Counted from the stretch's first letter, positions 9,395 through 19,171 are shown. The stretch: 64,000 nt of DNA from Candidatus Hydrothermarchaeota archaeon (GCA_046760505.1 JBHIEG010000009.1:1-64000), one strand, 5' to 3'. Made by a program: numbers and translations. Notes: a model not told the origin generated them from the letters alone.

Positions 9395-10792
9395 CTATTC
9401 TGCGCAACAACTCATCTTCGTTACATCTCTTTTAAAAGATGTTGCAACCAGTTTTATTGCCTCCGCCATGGTTGGAAACACATGGACCGTATCGATGATG
9501 TCATCAATGGTTAGTTTATACTTTACCGCGAGCACTCCTTCGTGTATCATTTCAGCAGCGAAGGGGGCAAGAATATGAATGCCGAGAATGCGTTTTGTGT
9601 CTCTCTCAATGACCATCTTTATCAAACCTCTTGTGTCTTTAATGACGTTTGCCTTTGGAACAAGTTTCATAGGCAAAGTTTTGCATACGCAGTTGTAACC
9701 TTTTTCCAATGCTTCTTTATCTGTTAATCCTACACTTGCTACTTGGGGAGATGTGAAAACTGCGTGAGGTATTGCAAAGTAATCCATCTTTATTCCTTTA
9801 TTTTTTAAAGCATTTTCAGCCGCTATAGAGCCTTCTTTTGCTGCTGTGGTCTCGAGCATCGGCTTTCCAATCACGTCTCCTGCTGCATAAATGTGTTTAG
9901 CCGTAGTTTGCATCTCGTCGTTTACTACTATGGCTCCATTTTTGTCAACTTCAACACCAACCTTGTCTAAACCCAGGCCTTCTGTGTTTGGTTTTCTTCC
10001 CGTCGCCATAAGAATCTTTTCTCCCTTGAATTCTCTTTTTTCTCCTCTAACTTCCGCTTTAACTACTTTGCAATCCCCTTCCCTTCTTACGCTTTTGATC
10101 GTAACTCCAGTATGAATCTCTATCCCCTCCTCTTCAAGGTATTTTCTCAAAGCTATAGAGATCTCTGGCTCTTCATCAGGTAATATTAATGGGCTTCTCT
10201 GCAGCATCGTAACCTCAGTACCAAAGTGAGCATACATCTGGGCGAACTCACATGCCAATGCTCTTCCTCCTATTATGATCATTGATTCCGGCAGTTCTTT
10301 AAGATCTAATGCTTCTACATTTGTGAGGTAATCGATCTCTTCGATTCCCTTGATTTTCATGATGTTTGGCGAAGAACCTGTTGCTACTATAAATTTTTCC
10401 CCATAAAGCGTCTTTCCGTTTACCGAAACTTCATTTTTTGATGTAAAGAAAGCCCTTCCTCTAATCAAGGAGACTCCCGGGAGTGAATTTGCAACGTCAA
10501 TGTACTTCTCCTTTCTCAAATTCTTTACTAAATTATCTTTTTCGTGCATAACTCTACCGAAGTCTAAGGTTGATCTCACCTCCAACCCTCTAAGCCCGTG
10601 ATTTTCATAGTAATGAATTTCTCCGACGTGAAGTAGGTGTTTCGTTGGTATGCAGCCCACATTAACGCATGTTCCCCCTATAACTCCTCTCTCTATCATC
10701 GCTATATTCGCTCCTAAATCAGATGCCTTTATTGCAGCTCCAAATGCAGCGGACCCGCTTCCTAGAATGATCAAATCATATTTTTCCATCAT
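9395..10792 (-). CDS. merA: Mercuric reductase (no N-terminal NmerA domain)
   Basis: GGTCVNVGCIP redox disulfide, HVFPT, C-terminal SCCAE. Confidence 0.92.
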   Translation of the reverse strand: MMEKYDLIILGSGSAAFGAAIKASDLGANIAMIERGVIGGTCVNVGCIPTKHLLHVGEIHYYENHGLRGLEVRSTLDFGRVMHEKDNLVKNLRKEKYIDVANSLPGVSLIRGRAFFTSKNEVSVNGKTLYGEKFIVATGSSPNIMKIKGIEEIDYLTNVEALDLKELPESMIIIGGRALACEFAQMYAHFGTEVTMLQRSPLILPDEEPEISIALRKYLEEEGIEIHTGVTIKSVRREGDCKVVKAEVRGEKREFKGEKILMATGRKPNTEGLGLDKVGVEVDKNGAIVVNDEMQTTAKHIYAAGDVIGKPMLETTAAKEGSIAAENALKNKGIKMDYFAIPHAVFTSPQVASVGLTDKEALEKGYNCVCKTLPMKLVPKANVIKDTRGLIKMVIERDTKRILGIHILAPFAAEMIHEGVLAVKYKLTIDDIIDTVHVFPTMAEAIKLVATSFKRDVTKMSCCAE

Positions 10793-10814
10793 TATACCTC
10801 AAATTAAATTATTT

Positions 10815-11402
10815 TCAATTAACTGATTTATCTTCTACTATTTCTGCCCTATATGGCTTGAACAAAGAAATAATTTCTTCTTTGGCTATTCTATCAGGAT
10901 CATAGGTTACCTCTCCCTTTCCATCGTAATAACTCACCTCGGCTTTGATTATTCCTTCCTCTTTCTTCAATCTATCCTCTAAGATGGTCGCACAGGATGG
11001 GCAAGTCATTCCATCGACACTTAAAACGATAATTCGCTGGTAGTGCTCTCTATCCCCTGGAGCAATTTCGCCTTCAAATTTAATGGCTGTAATTCTTGGA
11101 ACGATTAAGAAAGTTATTAATGTGTAGAAGGCCAAATATGTTATGAGAGTTGCGATAATAAATTTAACTCTGTTTCTCATTGTGCAACAACTTTTATTCT
11201 TCCTAAAGTACATTCCTATTGCGACTGCTAAAAAAACAAAACTCATAACGAGAAAATAGTTCTTGTATAGAGTGATTGTCAGCGCTGTTGTAACGCCGCC
11301 TATTCCAAGGATAACTATGAGTGCAGGAACGATACAACAAAGAACGGCGATTAGGCTTGATAGAGTACCCAAACCAACGGACCTAGGATCAATTTTAACT
11401 AT
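10815..11402 (-). CDS. Mercury transporter MerT-like membrane domain fused to an HMA (MerP-like) domain
   Basis: AVLCC in TM1, cytoplasmic CC, three TM helices, GMTCPSC; start uncertain (ATA 11402 after GGAGGT, or TTG 11372). Confidence 0.8.
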   Translation of the reverse strand: MVKIDPRSVGLGTLSSLIAVLCCIVPALIVILGIGGVTTALTITLYKNYFLVMSFVFLAVAIGMYFRKNKSCCTMRNRVKFIIATLITYLAFYTLITFLIVPRITAIKFEGEIAPGDREHYQRIIVLSVDGMTCPSCATILEDRLKKEEGIIKAEVSYYDGKGEVTYDPDRIAKEEIISLFKPYRAEIVEDKSVN

Positions 11403-11418
11403 GGAAAAACCTCCATGT

Positions 11419-11742
11419 TCAGCTCAATATTTCGCACGCTAGAATTTTCTCGAAGAGCGTTCTTACATGGTTGTCCGACAGTTTTAGTATTTCCTGAACT
11501 AAATCTCCATTTAGAGAATAGAGGATGAACTTTCCCTTTTTCTTTGTTTTCACCAAGCCGCAGTTCCTTAAACAAGCCAAGTGATGGGATATACTGCTCT
11601 GCTCTTTACCTGTCTCATCACAGATATCAGTAACACTCATCCACCTATTTTTTCTCAAAGCCTCCAATATTTTTATCCTCGTTTCATCGCCCAAAGCCTT
11701 GAAAAATCTAGCCTTTGCCAACGTTAGGTCTCCATCAAACAT
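11419..11742 (-). CDS. ArsR/SmtB family metalloregulator of the mer operon
   Basis: FKALGDETRIKIL, SISHHLACLRNCGLV, KKKGKFILYSL. Confidence 0.9.
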   Translation of the reverse strand: MFDGDLTLAKARFFKALGDETRIKILEALRKNRWMSVTDICDETGKEQSSISHHLACLRNCGLVKTKKKGKFILYSLNGDLVQEILKLSDNHVRTLFEKILACEILS

Positions 11743-11773
11743 ATGAAGATAGGTTCATATGATGTTATTTATA
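11740..11773 (-). promoter_or_regulatory. ArsR/SmtB-type operator (CATATGAA-N6-TTCATATG) overlapping the start codon, plus TATA box
   Basis: Perfect 8-bp inverted repeat at 11740-11761; minus-strand TATAAATA at 11766-11773, ~24 nt upstream of the ATG (leaderless mRNA). Confidence 0.75.
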
Positions 11774-11791
11774 TTTTTTTATTGTCAGTTA

Positions 11792-13048
11792 TTACTGTCT
11801 ATAGGTAAGTATTCTAAGAATAACCGTTAAATTTGAAATAACCGCTATGACTAGCAGGGAGAGTAATATCTGATTGAAGATTCCACCAAGCATTATTAGA
11901 AAAAGCCTCATGTCTCTTCTCATAATCAGGAAAAAGTTAAATCTATCTTTCTTTTCTATTAAATCAGCCCTTGCTGCTGAATAACTTATCATAAGGGATC
12001 CGATAATAGCAAATAGACCGGCTAAGAGTGTTATATCGGAGAAATTTCCTAGGATCATTCCTAAAATAATGGCAAAGTCTGCATATCTATCAAGAATAGA
12101 ATCTAAGAAGGCGCCGAAATTACTTTGAAGATTCTTTAGCCTCGCTATTTCTCCATCACAACCATCCACGATAGATGCGATCTGAGTCAAAATTCCTGCC
12201 AAGAAGTTTAGGGTAAGAAAGAATAAGTAAGCAGGCATCAATGAAAATATAAAACTTATTATGGTTAGTTGGTTTGGATTTATGTTGTATCTAACCAGAA
12301 ATTTTGAAATTCTAGATGATATCTTTCTGTTTATATATTTAGAAACTGGACCGTCATCTTCCTTTACCAAAGAATTTTGTATGTAAATTTCTGCCTCCCT
12401 CAAGTCTTCTTCGGTATCTATGTCTTTCCAGTAAAAATTCTCTATTTTAATTGCTCTCAGTTCTTTTTCCTTTATCAGCTCTTTCATTACATCCGAAATT
12501 GTAAAAATTTCCTTTTCTTTCGCTACTGTTGTTGTTATGTCAAATATATATGGCTGGCAAATGAACAATCCAGTGTCAATGGCGTTCCATTTTTCTATAT
12601 TCTTTCCTATATCAAGAATAAAGTCCCCTTCAACATAAACCTTTGTTGCTTCTTCTTTTTCATTTATTTTTGAAACGAACAGAACGTTTTCTTTGTGTTT
12701 TTCTTTTAGAAAAGAGTATATGCTTCTTTCAAAGTAATGATCTCCCATACAAATTAAAAAAGGCTCGTTTATAAGATCTCTCGTGAGATGCAAAGAATAA
12801 CCATTTTCCCTCCAAGGATCTGGGTTATCAACATAAGTGATCTTTATTCCGAGTTTGCTTCCGTCTCCAAAGTAATCTTTTATGTTCTTCGAATCATCTG
12901 ATATTACGATAATGAATTCATCGATTGTTTCTCTAAGCGCTCTGAGTGTGTGTTCTAAAATAGGTAGTCCAAATAATCTTGCAAGCGGTTTCGGTACCTC
13001 GCCCTTAAACCTCTCGCCCTTGCCAGCAGCCAGTATAACTGCTTTCAA
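11792..13048 (-). CDS. Bifunctional IPCT/DIPP synthase (di-myo-inositol phosphate synthesis)
   Basis: ILAAGKGERF...PK nucleotidyltransferase fused to DGCDGEIAR...GAFLDSILD CDP-alcohol phosphotransferase; downstream of ino1. Confidence 0.9.
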   Translation of the reverse strand: MKAVILAAGKGERFKGEVPKPLARLFGLPILEHTLRALRETIDEFIIVISDDSKNIKDYFGDGSKLGIKITYVDNPDPWRENGYSLHLTRDLINEPFLICMGDHYFERSIYSFLKEKHKENVLFVSKINEKEEATKVYVEGDFILDIGKNIEKWNAIDTGLFICQPYIFDITTTVAKEKEIFTISDVMKELIKEKELRAIKIENFYWKDIDTEEDLREAEIYIQNSLVKEDDGPVSKYINRKISSRISKFLVRYNINPNQLTIISFIFSLMPAYLFFLTLNFLAGILTQIASIVDGCDGEIARLKNLQSNFGAFLDSILDRYADFAIILGMILGNFSDITLLAGLFAIIGSLMISYSAARADLIEKKDRFNFFLIMRRDMRLFLIMLGGIFNQILLSLLVIAVISNLTVILRILTYRQ

Positions 13049-14274
13049 CCAAGGTCCCCGTATACGTACTCGAGAGGTTCTTCATATTTTAAATTGGTTT
13101 TTTTACTCGAGTTAACCCATTCAACAAGCTCCATAAACTGTTCATGAGTATTTACCTTTTTAGAGTCCATTGGGTCCTTGAAAAAGAATCCCATCTCCTT
13201 GATTACTCCATATTCGCCTCTGCGTTTCGCATACAACAATAGCCTTGCTATGTCTATGATGAGCGGTGCAGCGAGTATACAGTCTATGCCATCCCAGACA
13301 AACTGAAACTTCATTTTTGTGCCTAGAAAGCCCTTGAAATGTACGAAATCGAACGCAATTTTATTATCCACAAGGGAAGGAAATAGAGAGATCTCGCATA
13401 TGCTGTGAGGAGAGTAACCTAGTATCGCTTCCAATACACTGTCTTTTGTTATTATCTTGCTTGTCTTGTTGTCTTGATGATCAAGTACTTTACCGTCGTC
13501 ATCTCCTAAGATGTTAAAGCTCATCCAGCCTAGGATATCTAGGTTCCTGTAGAGAAACATAGGAACCAACGTGGTCTTGACAAGCGTTTCTCCTGTCTTT
13601 CCATCGTTCCCAGCGTGCGGAACTTTGTTTTCTAAAGCAAGTTTCTTTAATGCTGGCAAACTCGAACCAACACTAGGTGTAAAGTTTGCGTAGGGAATGC
13701 CGTTTTTTAATGCAGAATAAGCATATAGTGCGCTTGCTCTGATTTTTTCTTTTTTGTCCTCGTCCAACAATCTTTCGAAGTCGTCTGTCCTAATGTGATA
13801 CTCCGGATCAATTTCTAATGGAGGCTCGGTGGAAGCTATGTTTATTATTACCGTGTCCTTCTTCTTAAACTTCTTCATATCACTCGATAGTATGTCCACG
13901 ATCTCTCTAAGGGAGTAATCATCTTCAAGTCCGCATGTTTCTCCAAGCGCTTTAATTCCCTGACCGCAATTTAACGCTGTTCCTTTTTTTGCTCTTACCT
14001 CAGAGAGGTCTTCTTTGACTTCCTCGAGTATTTCCATGTCGTAGTGTCTGTTTTGGTTCCAGTGCATCAAAGATGCCTCGTAGGCATTAAATCCCAGGTT
14101 TCTTATTTCATGCCCACCAAATCGAAATTTCAGCGGAATTTTCTTTACGTTTGAGAACTGGGCTAATTCAGTAACCAAACCTGTTTTAGGTGCTATTCCC
14201 CTTTCAATTCCCTTTGCTCCTACCATCGTCGTGGTAGAGACTGCTCCATAAGCTCCTATCAACCATAGATCCAT
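13045..14274 (-). CDS. ino1: myo-Inositol-1-phosphate synthase
   Basis: WLIGAYGAVSTT, GNDGKTGET, NILGDDDG, DNK, D.ILAAP; true ATG at 14274. Confidence 0.92.
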   Translation of the reverse strand: MDLWLIGAYGAVSTTTMVGAKGIERGIAPKTGLVTELAQFSNVKKIPLKFRFGGHEIRNLGFNAYEASLMHWNQNRHYDMEILEEVKEDLSEVRAKKGTALNCGQGIKALGETCGLEDDYSLREIVDILSSDMKKFKKKDTVIINIASTEPPLEIDPEYHIRTDDFERLLDEDKKEKIRASALYAYSALKNGIPYANFTPSVGSSLPALKKLALENKVPHAGNDGKTGETLVKTTLVPMFLYRNLDILGWMSFNILGDDDGKVLDHQDNKTSKIITKDSVLEAILGYSPHSICEISLFPSLVDNKIAFDFVHFKGFLGTKMKFQFVWDGIDCILAAPLIIDIARLLLYAKRRGEYGVIKEMGFFFKDPMDSKKVNTHEQFMELVEWVNSSKKTNLKYEEPLEYVYGDLG

Positions 14275-14287
14275 GTTCCCCACCCCT

Positions 14288-14309
14288 ACCGTTATAAATT
14301 TAGAACGGT
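14288..14309. promoter_or_regulatory. 22-bp near-perfect palindrome (candidate operator) in the ino1/regulator divergent region
   Basis: ACCGTTATAAA-TTTAGAACGGT, one mismatch, between the ino1 TATA and RBS. Confidence 0.6.
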
Positions 14310-14363
14310 GTAAAAATTTATATTGAACTTTCTTATATAAATATTTCTTTGAGGAATGAAGAT

Positions 14364-14936
14364 ATGTTGGATGAATCAAAAGAGCCAAAACAGGAAAGAA
14401 TTAAGATATTAGAAAAGAAAGAGCAATATGAGGCTTTAAAAAACCCTACTAAGAAAAATATATTGAAAAAAATCTCAAAAAAGTCAAAAACGATAACAGA
14501 ATTGGCTAGAGAGTTAAAAATTCCAAAATCAGAAATAGCATATCATGTGAAGGGGCTTAGAAACAGTGGACTGATAAGACTGGAAAGAACAGAAGAAGAC
14601 AAAAAGGGACTCAGAAAAAAGTACTATCTTTCAACTGCCCAAGTTTTTTTAACCAACGATGATGCACCCCAGATAGTAAAGGACGATCTGATTGCCCAGG
14701 CAGAGCTTTTTGTTATTGGATATCTAGAAGGATTAAGGCATGTGAATAAGTTTGAAGAAGATATTTATGAAAAAATAAAAACAGAGGACCTTGCCGCAAG
14801 CGTGGTTAGGGAGTCTTTACTTCTGAGTAAAGAACCACTCGAAGCCAAGCCTACTGTACTCGCCTCATTGTTCCGGAAGGCTCTCCAAAAAATCATTTCT
14901 CGAGATGAGAAGATTTCATACTTACTGGATTTATAA
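14364..14936 (+). CDS. ArsR-like wHTH transcriptional regulator with C-terminal extension
   Basis: ALKNPTKKNIL, TITELAREL, AYHVKGLRNSGLI, RKKYY. Confidence 0.8.
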   Translation: MLDESKEPKQERIKILEKKEQYEALKNPTKKNILKKISKKSKTITELARELKIPKSEIAYHVKGLRNSGLIRLERTEEDKKGLRKKYYLSTAQVFLTNDDAPQIVKDDLIAQAELFVIGYLEGLRHVNKFEEDIYEKIKTEDLAASVVRESLLLSKEPLEAKPTVLASLFRKALQKIISRDEKISYLLDL

Positions 14937-15044
14937 ATAGAAGAAGATATATAAGACAATTTTATAAAATAATTTTAATAAACTAAATTAAACTAAATAA
15001 AAAGTTATGGAGTGTAGAATAAAACTAAAATAAAGAGTGATCAG

Positions 15045-15551
15045 ATGAAAAGACAACACTACGGCAAGTATTCTCTTCTTGATGATAGTTTTAGAGGTAT
15101 GTTGAGATCGCTGGAAGGAGAAAAAGTAGACCCTAAAGTGGCTAGAAACAGCTTAAATGCCTTGAGAGCTAGAATAGATCATATCGTGGGATTATATGAG
15201 GATTTAATGATAGAAGGAAGGGAAGAAATGAAGGAAAGAGCCAACCAGATAATCAAAGTTATGGATAATATGTTGAAGGAATTTGAAGGTATTGATGATT
15301 TGGTTCCTATGGACGGAACATTAAGAGACCACCTCGTTCAGTTAAACGCTGCATTAGGGTCATTCGTGCTTTATGTTGGAAGAAGCGAGTTAGTAGATAA
15401 AGTCTCGGACAGATTGAGCTTACAGATATTATTAACTGAAAGTCTGAAAGGTATAGAAGATAGAATGAAAACAAAAATAGATGAGATGGAAAGTAGAATT
15501 AAAAAAATAGAAGAGGATATTAGAAAGATCCGAAAAGAAATTAGTAAATGA
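15045..15551 (+). CDS. Hypothetical helical/coiled-coil protein adjacent to oriC
   Basis: 168-aa ORF with RBS GAGTGA and a C-terminal heptad repeat. Confidence 0.65.
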   Translation: MKRQHYGKYSLLDDSFRGMLRSLEGEKVDPKVARNSLNALRARIDHIVGLYEDLMIEGREEMKERANQIIKVMDNMLKEFEGIDDLVPMDGTLRDHLVQLNAALGSFVLYVGRSELVDKVSDRLSLQILLTESLKGIEDRMKTKIDEMESRIKKIEEDIRKIRKEISK

Positions 15552-15583
15552 ATTATTTAAAACTATAAGAAACTTAATAAAGA

Positions 15584-15850
15584 ATGTATATGCTGAAAGG
15601 TACTTACAGAGAAATAATGGAACTGTGTTATAGTAAAGGGGAAATCACTTCAAGAATCGTAGCAGAAAATGTATACAGTTATTTGGAGAAGAGAAAAGCT
15701 ATGATCAACGCTTGTAGAGCATTAAACTGGTTGTGTAAAAAAGGATTATTAGTAGAAGTGGATAAAGATATGGATATAAAAGTTTACGCGCCTGCTATCA
15801 GTAAAGAGAAATACAATAAAAGGGTAAGTGAAGGGTTATTGTTAGAATGA
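15584..15850 (+). CDS. Small wHTH protein adjacent to oriC
   Basis: GEITSRIVAE...ACRALNWLCKKGLL...KVY wHTH pattern. Confidence 0.65.
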   Translation: MYMLKGTYREIMELCYSKGEITSRIVAENVYSYLEKRKAMINACRALNWLCKKGLLVEVDKDMDIKVYAPAISKEKYNKRVSEGLLLE

Positions 15851-16291
15851 GGTGACTGTTAAACTGTTTATAAATTAATAACAAATCCCACATTTCTTTA
15901 AATTCTTATGTTTCAAAGTTGATTAATCTATTTATAATCTATTATAATCTGTTACAATCATAGATAATACCCCTTTATTTCTAGTGGAATATTCATCGGA
16001 GGTTTGTATTTTATGTTTACATATCGCGTAAACAACTTGGAGTTATTAACATCTCCAGTGGAAACAAAGGACTCTTGACACTCATTTCTATTTTTCTAAA
16101 TAGAAGTTTTTTTAAAATTTAAAGGAGATTTTCATCTTTTTAACACTATTTACTTTAAATCATAAACAATAATCTCAATCCAACTCTTTATCAGTATTAT
16201 CTCCAATGGAAACAAAGGGGGTGCAGCTTTACATACATTAAATCTATATACTTCCTAACTTCCAGTGGAAAAGGGGGGAAGTGGTATATTG
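15851..16291. other. Archaeal replication origin (oriC) with four ORB elements
   Basis: ORBs at 15969-15989 (-) TTCCACTAGAAATAAAGGGGT, 16053-16070 CTCCAGTGGAAACAAAGG, 16201-16221 CTCCAATGGAAACAAAGGGGG, 16260-16278 TTCCAGTGGAAAAGGGGGG; AT-rich spacers; immediately upstream of cdc6. Confidence 0.9.
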
Positions 16292-17485
16292 ATGAGAAGT
16301 CAAAGTACGTTAGAGGGTTTGTTTGAAAGAATCTACAAGACGAAAACAATTTTTAGAAATAAGGAAGCTTTAAGACATTCTTACACGCCAGAAAATCTCC
16401 CTCACAGAGACAATCAAATAAACCAACTTGCTACCATATTAGTTTCCGCTTTAAGGAAGGAAACACCCTCAAATATAATTATGTATGGTAAAACCGGAAC
16501 AGGGAAGACCGCGGTTGTAAAATACGTGGGAAAAGAATTGGAAAAAATAAGCGCAAAGTATGACGCAAATGTTCATTTCATATACATGAACTGCGAGGTC
16601 GTGGATACTCAGTATAGGGTTCTTGCAAATCTATGCAATAACTTCTGCTCTGAAAAGGTTCCTCTTACTGGTTGGCCAACAGATCAGCTCTATTCTTTAT
16701 TTATTAAAGAGATTGATACCGACTCCAAGGTAGTTGTGATTGTATTAGACGAAATTGATAAACTGGTTAAGAAAAGTGGTGATGATGTTTTATACAATTT
16801 GACTAGAAGCAATGATGATCTTAAAAATGCCAAAGCAAGTATTATAGGAATATCGAATGATCTGAAGTTCACTGAGTACCTAGATCCAAGAGTAATAAGT
16901 AGTTTGGGAGAAGAAGAGATTATTTTCCCGCCCTATGACGCAATACAGTTAGAAGACATCTTAAAACAAAGAGTCTCAATAGCATTTAAGGAAGGAGTAT
17001 TGGAGGAGACAGTAGTTCCTCTATGTGCAGCATACGCGGCAAGGGAGCACGGTGATGCAAGAAAAGCTCTAGATCTCCTAAGAGTTTCTGGTGAAATAGC
17101 TGAAAGAAAGGGAAATAGAAAGGTTACTGAAGAGGATGTGAGAATGGCAAAGGACAAGATTGAACAGGATAGAATAATCGAAGTAGTAAAGACTCTACCA
17201 AAACAATCAAAATTAATCTTATACTCAATATTACAGCTGAAAAGAGAAGACGATAGACCTATAATGACCGGAGAGGTTTTTGAAGTTTACAGGGAGTTGT
17301 GCAAGAGGACATCACTAGATGTTTTAACCCACAGAAGAGTTAGCGATCTCATATCCGAACTAGACATGCTCGGGATCATATCGGCTAAAGTAGTTAGTAA
17401 GGGAAGATACGGAAGAACAAAAGAGATTTATCTGACGATACCTTCTTATAGAATAAAAACCCTCCTCCAGGAGGAAATTCTTTAA
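16292..17485 (+). CDS. cdc6: Orc1/Cdc6 replication initiator
   Basis: YTPENLPHR, GKTGTGKT Walker A, VLDEID, GDAR, C-terminal wHTH GRYGRT; ATG 16292 preferred because GTG 16265 lies inside an ORB. Confidence 0.95.
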   Translation: MRSQSTLEGLFERIYKTKTIFRNKEALRHSYTPENLPHRDNQINQLATILVSALRKETPSNIIMYGKTGTGKTAVVKYVGKELEKISAKYDANVHFIYMNCEVVDTQYRVLANLCNNFCSEKVPLTGWPTDQLYSLFIKEIDTDSKVVVIVLDEIDKLVKKSGDDVLYNLTRSNDDLKNAKASIIGISNDLKFTEYLDPRVISSLGEEEIIFPPYDAIQLEDILKQRVSIAFKEGVLEETVVPLCAAYAAREHGDARKALDLLRVSGEIAERKGNRKVTEEDVRMAKDKIEQDRIIEVVKTLPKQSKLILYSILQLKREDDRPIMTGEVFEVYRELCKRTSLDVLTHRRVSDLISELDMLGIISAKVVSKGRYGRTKEIYLTIPSYRIKTLLQEEIL

Positions 17486-17487
17486 AG

Positions 17488-18954
17488 ATGGATCAAACAA
17501 GCATAATACATTCTTTCCTAAAAGAAGGAGTGAACATACATCCGGATACCTTAAGAGAGATACAAAACTCAGAAAATCCGGAGTTATTGATTCAGAGTCT
17601 TTTGAGGAGGATAGCCAAAACAGAGAAACCGCCTGTACTGCTTCCTGAACATCTCACTCCTGTAGAGAGAATAGAAAAAGACCTTTCTATAATCAAGAGT
17701 AAGGAGTTCTATCCTATAGCAAAAGATATTGAAGAAGATATAAAGATTATCTCCGATATCACAGGTAAATCTTTCTGCGAAGGAAAGATCGAGAACTTCG
17801 TAGAATTTTTTAATGACAGATACAAGAAGATCTGTACGATCTTTAAAGAGAGAATTGATTTTAGGGATTTCATCCCTATTTCTCATGCAAAGCGGTTACC
17901 AGACAGGAGAGTGAGGGTAGTAGGTATGGTCTCCAGTATTTCGGAGACATCTAAAGGAAGAGTAATGATGAGTATAGAAGATCCTACAGGGACAATAAAT
18001 GCAATTTTACCGAATCCTGGAGAAAAAGACTCTAAAATTGTAAATGATGAAGTCTTAGGATTGGAAGGCCATATAAATAGGGGCCTTTTTATTGTAGACA
18101 GATTTGCCAGACCAGACGTTCCTGTTAGAAAGACACATAAAAAGGTAGATGATCCTGTATCCGTTGTCTTGCTATCCGATCTTCATGTTGGAAGTAAAGA
18201 ATTCTTGGAAAAAGAATTTTTAAGATTTTTAAGCTGGTTGAATGGAGGAATCGGCAGAGGAGACCAAAGAGCCCTTGCTGAAAGTGTAAAATACATTATC
18301 ATTGCTGGGGATATCGTTGACGGCATTGGAGTTTATCCGAATCAAGAAGAAGACCTCCTAATAGATGATGTCTCAGAGCAATACGATCAAGTGACAAGGC
18401 TGCTTTCTCATATTCCAGAGCATATAAGCATAATAATATCTCCGGGAAATCACGATGCCGTTAGATTTGCCGAACCCCAGCCTTCATTGCCAAGAGACAT
18501 AGCAGGCGCTCTTTATGAGCTCCCAAATGTAACTATGGTTGGAAATCCCGCATACATTTCTCTTCATGGAATAAACTTCTTGATCTATCACGGCAGAAGC
18601 CTTGACGACATGGTGGCATCAATATCTGGATTGAGCTATCAGTCGCCTTCTGAGATCATGATTGAACTACTTAAAAGAAGACACCTTGCACCAATTTATG
18701 GCGAAAGAACATCTATTGCACCTGAAAAGGAAGATTATTTGGTTATAGACAGGGTACCAGATGTATTTCATTCAGGACACATTCACACTGTAGGAGTCAC
18801 AAACTACAGAGGAATATTGGTAGCAAACTCTGGGGCATGGCAGACCCAGACAGAATATCAGAGAACGTTAAACTTAATTCCGGATCCCTGCAGGGTTCCC
18901 GTGATAAATTTAAATACATTCCAAACAACCGTGATGAGGTTTAAATTTAACTAA
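17488..18954 (+). CDS. polB: DNA polymerase D small subunit (DP1, proofreading exonuclease)
   Basis: OB fold, SDLHVGS, GDIVDGIGVYP, PGNHD, YHG, HSGHIH; conserved position after cdc6. Confidence 0.95.
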   Translation: MDQTSIIHSFLKEGVNIHPDTLREIQNSENPELLIQSLLRRIAKTEKPPVLLPEHLTPVERIEKDLSIIKSKEFYPIAKDIEEDIKIISDITGKSFCEGKIENFVEFFNDRYKKICTIFKERIDFRDFIPISHAKRLPDRRVRVVGMVSSISETSKGRVMMSIEDPTGTINAILPNPGEKDSKIVNDEVLGLEGHINRGLFIVDRFARPDVPVRKTHKKVDDPVSVVLLSDLHVGSKEFLEKEFLRFLSWLNGGIGRGDQRALAESVKYIIIAGDIVDGIGVYPNQEEDLLIDDVSEQYDQVTRLLSHIPEHISIIISPGNHDAVRFAEPQPSLPRDIAGALYELPNVTMVGNPAYISLHGINFLIYHGRSLDDMVASISGLSYQSPSEIMIELLKRRHLAPIYGERTSIAPEKEDYLVIDRVPDVFHSGHIHTVGVTNYRGILVANSGAWQTQTEYQRTLNLIPDPCRVPVINLNTFQTTVMRFKFN

Positions 18955-19171
18955 CGTTTTCTACGGGGGATATTACTGAAACGTTGTTTCCTCTTATCAC
19001 GATGGTTCCCAATTCTGTCTCCCCCTCATCAGAGATCTCTGAAGTGTTCTCCAGTATGAGATTCATAAAATTGTCAAAGCCCTTAAGTTTACCGATGAAG
19101 CGCTGTCCCCATTTCAGCTCTACGCAAACTTTCTTATTTAGCCATAACTTCAAAAGATCGTCCGCATACAA
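18947..19171 (-). CDS. Sm/Lsm family RNA-binding protein
   Basis: GKLKGFDNFMNLIL (Sm1), VIRGNNV (Sm2). Confidence 0.92.
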   Translation of the reverse strand: MYADDLLKLWLNKKVCVELKWGQRFIGKLKGFDNFMNLILENTSEISDEGETELGTIVIRGNNVSVISPVENVS

